A stretch of DNA of 64,000 nucleotides from NCBI RefSeq assembly GCF_021028975.2, contig NC_059430.1:33790001-33854000 (forward strand). Direction: 5' to 3'. Shown in pieces: positions 46,501 through 64,000 of this stretch. Numbering within the stretch: position 1 is the stretch's first letter; every line of letters starts with the position of its first letter. A model generated the notes under the pieces. That model was not told where the DNA came from and did not search any database. It worked only from the letters and a program-made list of their open reading frames with translations. The translations under genes were made by a program, and so were the position numbers. Source of the DNA: Sphaerodactylus townsendi (lineage: Eukaryota).

Positions 46501-48412
46501 TACACAATCATTCCATGATTATGTGGATAAGTTAGGGGGAAAGTCATAAAATAACTCTTGTATTTCATCAAATAATACAGAAACATACAGCATTTCAAAA
46601 TAATTTCCATACACTCCGCTGTTTGATCAAATTGCATACATTACGAGAAAAGCTGCATAAATACAGAGAAAATGCAACATGAAAAAACTCTGTCATAGTT
46701 TCTATTTCTTGCAATGGAACAACTTTACCATTAGATATACTACCACACTTAAGAATTAAGCCATTCTACTGTTTTCAGAAATTCTAAAGGTCACAATCCA
46801 AAATACCACTAAAACATTCCTACGATAAGGGCCCTGTAAATCACATTTATAATCTAATGAATTAAAATTAACATGGATTAAATTTATAGTTTAAAGATAC
46901 CTTGAACAGGTTCCTGAATGCAGTTTGGTTCCAAAACTTCCTGAAGAGCTTCTTGTTCATTCATCATCTCCATGTTTGGAGATGCAGCCATCATTTCATA
47001 GAAAGGATAAGGAAAAAATGCTGGCTGAAGAGGAGTGTAATATCTTTAAAAAAATAGCAAAGTGAAAGTTATTGGTACTTCAAATTTTCTTAACAAACTA
47101 TTTCCATGCATTTGCAAGACTAATTTTGCTGAATTCCTGTGAGAAGGATTTGGCAAAACAAATTTGTAGCTGTCGAAGGCTTTCACAGTCGGACTCAGCT
47201 GGTTCTGGTGGATTTTCCGGGCTGTGTGGCCGTGGTCTGGTGGATCTGGTTCCTAATGTTTCGCCTGCATCTGTGGCTGGCATCTTCAGAGGTGTATCAC
47301 AGAGAGATGTCTGTTACACATGTGTCCAGAGAGAAGGAAATGTTTGGGGTATATATTGTCCCTGGACAGGACAGCTGCATGGACAGGAAGGCACACATTT
47401 TTGCAGATCTTGCCCACATCAACACCATCTTCCTTAACTCACCTGCCTACAGCCACTATTCCATGCCCCTCACCAGAGGTCTTCCAGAGACTTAAAAAGA
47501 GAAATTATTTACATTACACGACTATAGCTTTAAATCAGAAACTGACATACTGAAGTAGGTTCCTGATTTTCTTAAAGAAGTCCTGCAGTGAGTGTGTGGA
47601 GGAATGATAGCTGTGGGGAATGATAGCTGTGGGGAAGCAAGGAAAGCCCAAGGAATTCTTTGTTGTCACTGCATTTGCTCCAGAAAGAGCAACAGAAATC
47701 ATCACCACGTGGATGGAGCATAAACAAACTGGCCAGCCACATACACACCCTCAACTTAACTTGCCACACAGGGTGGTCGCGAGGATAACAAGGTGAAGTA
47801 AAGAACAATATTCACACTTCAAAGACCTTTGAAGAAAGGGTAAAATAAAAATGCCCGTAATATTTATTTCAAAGCATTTGCAGTTCACCTTTCCCCAAAA
47901 GGTTCATTAAATAAACACATGCACGTTACTGTTTCGTGTATATAACATCATCACTGTCCCCATGTAACGACTACTGTAATTACATCATCACAACTCTAAG
48001 CAAATCTACTCAAGGGAACCTCTTACTCAAAGAAACCGGCTCCTAGGAAAGTTTTCATACGACTGCACTACTCATAGAGCAAAACAGATGCTTTGTTTAT
48101 GGCCCATCTGTATACAAACGCCATGAAAGCTGCAGAACAAGCGGACGCGCTATCTCACTCAGCTGGCGGCGATGCTATCTGTCCCAATCCTTTCCCACAC
48201 CCAGCCTCCAGCCCACCCGTGGCTCGTGGGGAGGTGTTTTCATCTACTCAGTCGACTAAGGCCTGGGCCTGCGCTGGCGACTGGAAGCTCCTTTGTGTGA
48301 GGAGCCGACTCCGCTGAGGGGAGGGCGCCTGAGAGGACCCCGCGCACCCCTCCCTCGCCCACCTCCCCCCTCCCTGCCAGAACAGATACCTTCCGGTGCC
48401 GTCGGCCTCCAT
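37600..48412 (-). CDS. TDG: G/T mismatch-specific thymine DNA glycosylase (complete, 10 coding exons, 398 aa)
   Basis: Exons 48390-48412, 46901-47043, 45057-45265, 42407-42476, 41046-41181, 40881-40963, 40698-40792, 40171-40342, 39845-39973 and 37600-37736 (1197 nt). PIP degron [13 protein letters not shown], catalytic GINPG, MPSSSAR motif and SUMO site VKEE. Confidence 0.96.
38130..38429. mobile_element. hAT-Tip100-like MITE, young and CpG-rich
   Basis: TAGGCTGACCA / TGGTCACCTTA ends and perfect 8-bp TSD TACTAAAC. Confidence 0.85.
41343..41583 (+). mobile_element. Squam3-type SINE
   Basis: Same head, body and CTT tail as the 28720 copy. Confidence 0.75.
42572..42896. mobile_element. Non-autonomous hAT
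   Basis: CAGGG...CCCTG ends, degenerate 8-bp TSD CAGTAGCA/CAATAACA and an internal perfect 30-bp palindrome at 42590-42619. Confidence 0.6.
42988..43144. repeat. Minisatellite, 40-bp unit x about 3.9
   Basis: ATGGCACAATTTC(A/C)AGCATTTAGGAAGAATTTATCTTATT in tandem. Confidence 0.95.
44390..44750 (+). mobile_element. CR1 LINE 3' fragment
   Basis: AGGACAGA..AAAGAAAATACTTCTTCAC...GAATTCACTGCC ORF2 end followed by a CR1-type 3' UTR. Confidence 0.65.
47170..47400 (-). mobile_element. Penelope-like element fragment with hammerhead relic
   Basis: CCT CTGAAGA TGCCAGCCACAGATGCAGGC GAAAC ATT AGG. Related fragments at about 23025-23150, 27995-28090 and 31055-31140. Confidence 0.65.
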
Positions 48413-48419
48413 TCCCGAG

Positions 48420-48990
48420 CGCCGGTGCCTCGCTCCTGGCACCGAGTAGGGGAGGAACTAACGGACTCGACGCACCGCCCCCGACTCCCCTCCTTGCCCC
48501 CTCCTTCGCTCTCCCCCCTCCCCATACCTTCTGCCTCGCTCTCATCCACAGCCGGCCACGGCCGGCACCCGCACGCAGGGGGCACGTGGACATACGCGGC
48601 CAATCAGAGTCGAGTGCCCGTCCACACTCGCCGTATGCGTCATCTCCTACGGACGAACAGTGGCTCCCCCTCCCTCGCTAAATCGGGGAAGGCGTAGCCT
48701 CGGGAAACCCTAGGGATGTGTCACATTCTCACTGTGTATTTAACACGCACGTTTGCAACACATTCGGACAGCTTTGACAGCTCGGGGGCCTTTAATGCTT
48801 TCTGCGACCTGGCGTCAGAAAAATACGTCATAGGCATGCCACGTGACTGCCGTAATTGTGGGTTGGCTCGCTTGCCTCGATCCCTTCACTCGACATCTTC
48901 ATCGGCTCTTCGTCTTCCCCTTAGTTTAGAGCCATCATTAGTACTGCATCGTCGGGAATTGATGCAGGCAAGTGGACACCACAGGCTGTG
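48420..48990. promoter_or_regulatory. Bidirectional CpG-island promoter shared by TDG and UQCC6
   Basis: Head-to-head genes, CpG-rich. E-boxes CACGTG at 48583 and 48840, CCAAT at 48600 and CRE-like TACGTCA at 48824. Confidence 0.75.
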
Positions 48991-49755
48991 GTTTGTAGCT
49001 ATCTGTTAAAGAGGAGGTGACTTCTCTGTTTCTGGGAGGAAATCAAATATTTAGGTTCCCTTTTCGGATTGGAAAAGGATGCATGCATGCTACAGTTCCG
49101 TCTTAGGCTAAGGCATGTGCTTAACCCGTTGATTTGGGAGCTCACTTACACCACTGTATGAACAGACACTCTCACCTCTTCTACAGCAAGTAGGACATTC
49201 CAAGTAGATAAACGGAACGAACAGATAGCTTAATTAGTTAATTTCCAATAACTGCCTCCCCAACATTTAGTAACCCGATCTTCACCATGTTTACTCAAAA
49301 TGTGGTTGCATTAATTTTTTGTTTTTAACAACCAAGTTTAGGATTATAACCCCACTTTCCTTGGTTCTGCAACTCCTAATATGTGGAAAATCCCAAATCT
49401 CTACCTTTTCCTTCTGTTTTTGGTGACTCTTGAGGAAGAAGTCTCCGCTCTTTAAAACATGACAACAAATTCAGATTGAATTTTTAACAGTTAATGTGTT
49501 GTGCAAATAAAATATGTGTTTTTCAGAGTATCTCAGTATTTTTACCCAAGTAAAATGTCTTTACTGTTGTTTTGTCCCATGCATTTGTGTTGGGGCACAT
49601 TGATAGGGCTCTTGGAATGTTGCTGATTTCCCTCCAGAATCCACACCCTTCTTGTACCTTATTTTCCCCTTAGATAGTCAGATTCCTTAGAACAGAAAGT
49701 AATTTCTTTTTACTTCCTCTCTTACTTGAATTTCAACTATAGGTTTATCTTTGCC

Positions 49756-51432
49756 ATGCCTGCAGGAGTGTCTTGGCCTCGCTATCTGAAAATGCTCACT
49801 GCAAGTATGTTGGCTATGTTTGTTGGTGCAGAAGTTGTCCATAGATATTACAGGCCTGATCTTGTAAGTCATGTTTTTCTTTTTACATGTTTTTGCATGT
49901 TTTTCCATATTTACTTTTTACATCTATACATGTTTACTCAGAATTAATGATCTTCAGTGTTTTTTAAGGGATTCGGTATTAGGTGATATGCAGTGACCTG
50001 GATGGCTCAGGTCAGATCTCAGAAGCTAACCAGGGTTATCCCTGGTTAGTATTTGAATGGGACACCACCAAGGAATGCTTGGGTCAATGTGAAGTGGAAG
50101 GCAGTAGCAAACAACCTCTGCTAGTCTCTTGCCTTGAAAACACTATTGGTTTGCCATATGTTGGCTGCAGCAGCACTTTATGCACGATAGATGATGTGGA
50201 AGACTTTGACCTGAGAACCCCAGAGAATAGCTGCCAGGTAAACAATACTTGATAAAGCATTATTCTGGCTCAGTACACACAACCCTTCCAAGTATTGATT
50301 GAAATAGTGGAAAGGGAGAGAAGATGCAAATGCTTCAATCCCGCCACTATGTGATAGCCAGCGTGTGAGCATAGCGCCTAAGCATGTAGGTAGTGCCTAC
50401 ATACATGCTTCCTCTCCATGATGGTTTGCAATATTCAAAAAAGTAGTGTACCTGATTATGGCGTCCGAAGAACCACTCTGCCCACTTTGGTGTTTTTCTC
50501 CAACATCCTGCCCAAGGCATAAAATTTCACAAACTTGTCCTCTGTCAACCATGACGCTACTTTGCGGATCTCAACCAGAGGAACCCTGAAACATGGCCAA
50601 CAATCCTTGTGCACTAGTAGAGTGTGTCTACATGTCCAGTGGATAGGTCTTTCCTGCAGACTTGTAACAGGTTTGAATGACTGACAACACCCACCTTACA
50701 ATGGATTGGGCCAAAACAGCCTTCCCCATTCTTGGTTCCCAATAACAAATAAAAAGATTTTTGGATGTAATACAACCTTGGTATTAAAATCTTTAAGAAG
50801 AGCGAGTCTATCCTCAGTGCAGCCAGCAAATTCATCCTCCTGGTGGATGAATTAAAAAGATCACCTGGATGGTGAGCAAAGCTAATGGGTCATCTGGTGG
50901 TATCCTTTTAATAATAATCCCTTGAAGGCTATCTCCTTTGGCGAGAGAAAAATGGCTACACCCTAGGATCGAACGTCCAAGATAAATTCATGGCTGGCTG
51001 ATCCCAGCAGGATCAAGGTGAAAGATCTAACAATGTCCAAAGTTCAATGAAAGAAGCTACTGAAAATGTCTGTTCCCAATGGCATCAAAAAAGGCACTTA
51101 GTGGAGGGGATGCCCTCATGATACAATGGCCAGAAAAACTCATGTTTTATGACTTAATAGGGAGTTAGAAAAATCTGTCAATCAGCAGGCCTGCCTGCAG
51201 CTGCGGTCCCAGTGTGGGGCTGCATCATAGAATGAGACTGAACCGAAACGGCTGGGAGGGCCAAGGGATTCAAAGCTGGCAGAAGTGACTGTTTTTCCTC
51301 AAGTTGTTAAGTTTGTGAATCTGGATCTCAATATAACTGCTTTGTTCTTTTTTATAGACAATACCTGAAATTCCTCCCCAACCTGGAGAACTCAGAACAG
51401 AACTCTTGGGTCTTAAAAAAAGAAACAACTAA
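49756..51432 (+). CDS. UQCC6: BRAWNIN / complex III assembly factor (C12orf73), 2 coding exons, 60 aa
   Basis: Exons 49756-49863 (MPAGVSWPRYLKMLTASMLAMFVGAEVVHRYYRPDL) and 51358-51432 (TIPEIPPQPGELRTELLGLKKRNN*). Syntenic between TDG and HSP90B1. Confidence 0.93.
49990..50180 (+). mobile_element. 5S rRNA-derived SINE
   Basis: GATCTCAGAAGCTAACCAGGG...CTGGTTAGTATTTGAATGGGA matches the 5S internal control region. Confidence 0.7.
50450..51150 (-). mobile_element. DIRS retrotransposon tyrosine-recombinase relic
   Basis: DPL..LT..VIFLI..RRMNLLAALRID, HSTSAQG and EIRKVASW..DKFVKFYAL...VGRVVL follow the DIRS YR pattern (RRxSELxAL, HSTR, ICKAATW...FxxHYxL). Confidence 0.6.
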
Positions 51433-52987
51433 GCTCAGCACTCACAACAGTGACCATTTTATTCTTCCATGAACTGCTCTTTGATGTTATTTATGATTGA
51501 ACTTTTGGGGGAAAAATGTTAGCACTGGTTCTGGTAACACATCCAGGTACATCTATTTTATATTGTGTGCCTGTTCTCTACAAATGCCAAATTTTGCCAT
51601 ATCTGTAACCTGATTAATTAATCATGTTCAACGCTGTATCTTCAGTGCTCTGGCTGGTTTTCTTTAGTCTCCTTAAAGTGTCTGTGTGTGGCTATACAGG
51701 TGTAATACTGTGTCACAGATGGGACTAACACAGTCCAGACTTCCAGTGCTCAAGTAATTGGTGTGTGTATGAGACACTTTGTGCAATGATTTTTTTCTTT
51801 ACGGTAAAAAACTTAGTAGATAAAAGTGGTTTGTAAACGTGCACTTCAGCATTCTGCTGGCTTGCTGTGGGGAAGTCAGTGGGTTATATGTAGAGTATCC
51901 TCTTGGTTAAACTCCTGCCATACACCCTTTGGCAAACTATTATAAAAGGTTCTAGGCAAAGAGTTTTATTTTTATACATTGGAGGAAATTGACATGGCAA
52001 AAAGCAGAAAACTTCGTTCATTTCTAGTAGCAGGTTTAGCTTCTGGTATCTTTGGCTGTGTTGTTAGAAGCAGGAACCTTTATGCTTTAGTTAGCAAAGC
52101 AGCATGGACCTGCACTCCTAGTCTATTTCTTAGTAGTGTGCATGTGAAGGTAGCTTTGAACCAGCACCTCTGAAGTACTGGGAAGATAGGGTTTGGAGGT
52201 TAGTGAAAATTAGTTTTTTCACCAAGTTAATACCCAGCCACTGAAGTCAGGAACTGTGACAGGATGTCAAGGTGCATCTTGTGTGTTCCATCTGATTTAT
52301 TTTATTAAATTTAATTGCCCACCCTTTCCCAGTACAAACATCATTAATCACAACTGCATTCTTCCCTGTCTCAGCCTTGCCTTAGCAAGCTATTTTTTGC
52401 AGAAAATCTTAAAACATAATGAGAGTTGAGAAATGGGCTGCCTGCTAATTTGTTTCTTGTGGGTGCCCCTGCCTGTTACACTGGAGTAGTGACTAGACTT
52501 TTAATCATGTTAATCCATGGAAGTGAATAATATAACTGTTCAGGAACTCATGGAGTTTCTTTCCATGCAGAGAGCAAGGCCCCATAGTAGCATTTTGCTA
52601 CTTTTGATAACTAAGTTACAGATAGGATGTTATTGGAATAAAATCTAGGCCAAGAAATGCAGCCTATTTTTTCCCATGCACATTTGGTTGCAGCTAGCTT
52701 CCTTGCACTCATGGTTCTCTGAACACCATCCAGCGTTGTAGCATATTAATTAGCTCTAGGAGGAAGACAAGGTATGCTTTCAGCTATAGGAACAACTGCA
52801 GTTTTCTGTCCGAGAAGGCTGTGGCAAATTAAGCGTTCTACTACCAGCAGCCCAGTTGTCTTTGCAAAACAGTGACCAGCGATTTTTTTCATCTGTTCCT
52901 TTATTCCACTGAAGTCCATCAGTTTTAAGCAGTCTTCTCAACATCAGAAATAAGCACTTTACTATTCACCGCAAATGGTGTGAACAT

Positions 52988-52993
52988 TTTAAT
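52988..52993 (-). terminator. Probable HSP90B1 polyadenylation signal (ATTAAA)
   Basis: ATTAAA on the minus strand about 210 nt after the stop codon. Confidence 0.5.
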
Positions 52994-53203
52994 TTTGTAC
53001 ACATGACAAGATTTTACACCAAGTAGTCAGTTAAATAGTACAAATTTACATTGTGAGGAATGTTTAAAAAATGCAACTTAAAAAATCCCTTCTGTCCAGA
53101 ACAGCATACCTCCCCCCAACATTTTACAGTGGAAAAAAACAAACAAAAAACTTTAGTTCACATTCCTGCTTCATCCCACAGGATGTTAAATTACGAGTGC
53201 ATG

Positions 53204-63213
<10,010 letters not shown>

Positions 63214-64000
63214 CTGTAAAAGGGATGATTTTGACTGGTTAGTATGGTCAGTCACTTAAAACAGTGTTGCTGATCTTTGCAACACAGAACAGTAAAAAAA
63301 ACCACCCTTTACGTTCAAAAGACTTTCACAAGTATGAAGCAATCTCTGCTAAGGACTCTTTATCTTCTTATAGAGTTAACCCTACTATAGTCAGAAGTGA
63401 GGAGCTCACCTCTGACATCAGAATAAAGTTGTTGTTGTTGTTGTTTTCAAATTAAAAGGTGAACACAGAATGGTAAACTGGGAAGAAAAACAGGTTTCCA
63501 GAACAGCTAATGAAGTAAGATTCCCCACTTAACCCACCGTAACAACAGAGGATCAATGGAGGTGACTGAATGGGACAAAACCAATAGAAGTGTTGTAAAA
63601 TTACCTTAGATTTCAAGGCAATGTTAAGAAAAAGTTATAGTGCAGGTAGAATGGTCTCAAAAAGAAAGTAATCCCTTTACTCAACACTCCTTGCTTAATG
63701 GGATAGCAAGATAAGTCTCGCTAACGAACACACTACAAAATGCTAGAGACTGCAATGTGCAGCTTTCTGTGCTTAATACACTATGAGGGTCTCAGATATT
63801 ACAGAAACACATGGACCATCCTAGTCCTGCGATCTCTGTTGCTATCTGACTAATACAAGTAAGTATAAAAACAGGCCACTAAAACTTTTAAAGCACATTA
63901 ACGAAACAGGCTGCCTTAATGGCCGCCCGCCCCGTGACAATTACTAACCCAATAAAATGATGTGCGGCAAAAAGACATCACTTTTAACAATCCCACCCAC

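Noticed and set aside
46893-46900. TDG intron 2 donor GTATCTTT as a U12 intron
   Set aside because: It mismatches the RTATCCTT consensus and has no clear U12 branch site.

Overview
Vertebrate genomic DNA from a squamate reptile, probably a gecko (Squam3-type SINEs with CTT tails, 5S-Sauria SINEs, squamate hAT/Harbinger MITEs). The window holds the conserved block HCFC2(-, exons 1-3), GLT8D2(+, complete, 351 aa), TDG(-, complete, 398 aa), UQCC6/C12orf73 BRAWNIN(+, 60 aa) and HSP90B1(-, exons 2-18, KDEL end). All exons were traced by hand, with GT-AG sites and consistent phases. The most unusual element is an endogenous retrovirus at 1-5783 (minus strand), in HCFC2 intron 3 and in the same orientation as HCFC2. 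It has a 480-bp 5' LTR, a tRNA-Phe-like PBS, betaretrovirus-type Gag, dUTPase and protease, a pol lacking nearly all of RT and RNase H, and an env that joins a beta-type (Rec/Rem-like) leader to an alpharetrovirus (ALV)-type SU/TM. Its frames are broken by dense small indels although CpGs are intact, so it may be a young provirus in poorly polished sequence. Introns also contain nested hAT elements, Harbinger MITEs, Penelope fragments with hammerhead-ribozyme relics, a DIRS recombinase relic, LINE/SINE pieces and long palindromes. Family assignments rest on recalled motifs; no database search was run.
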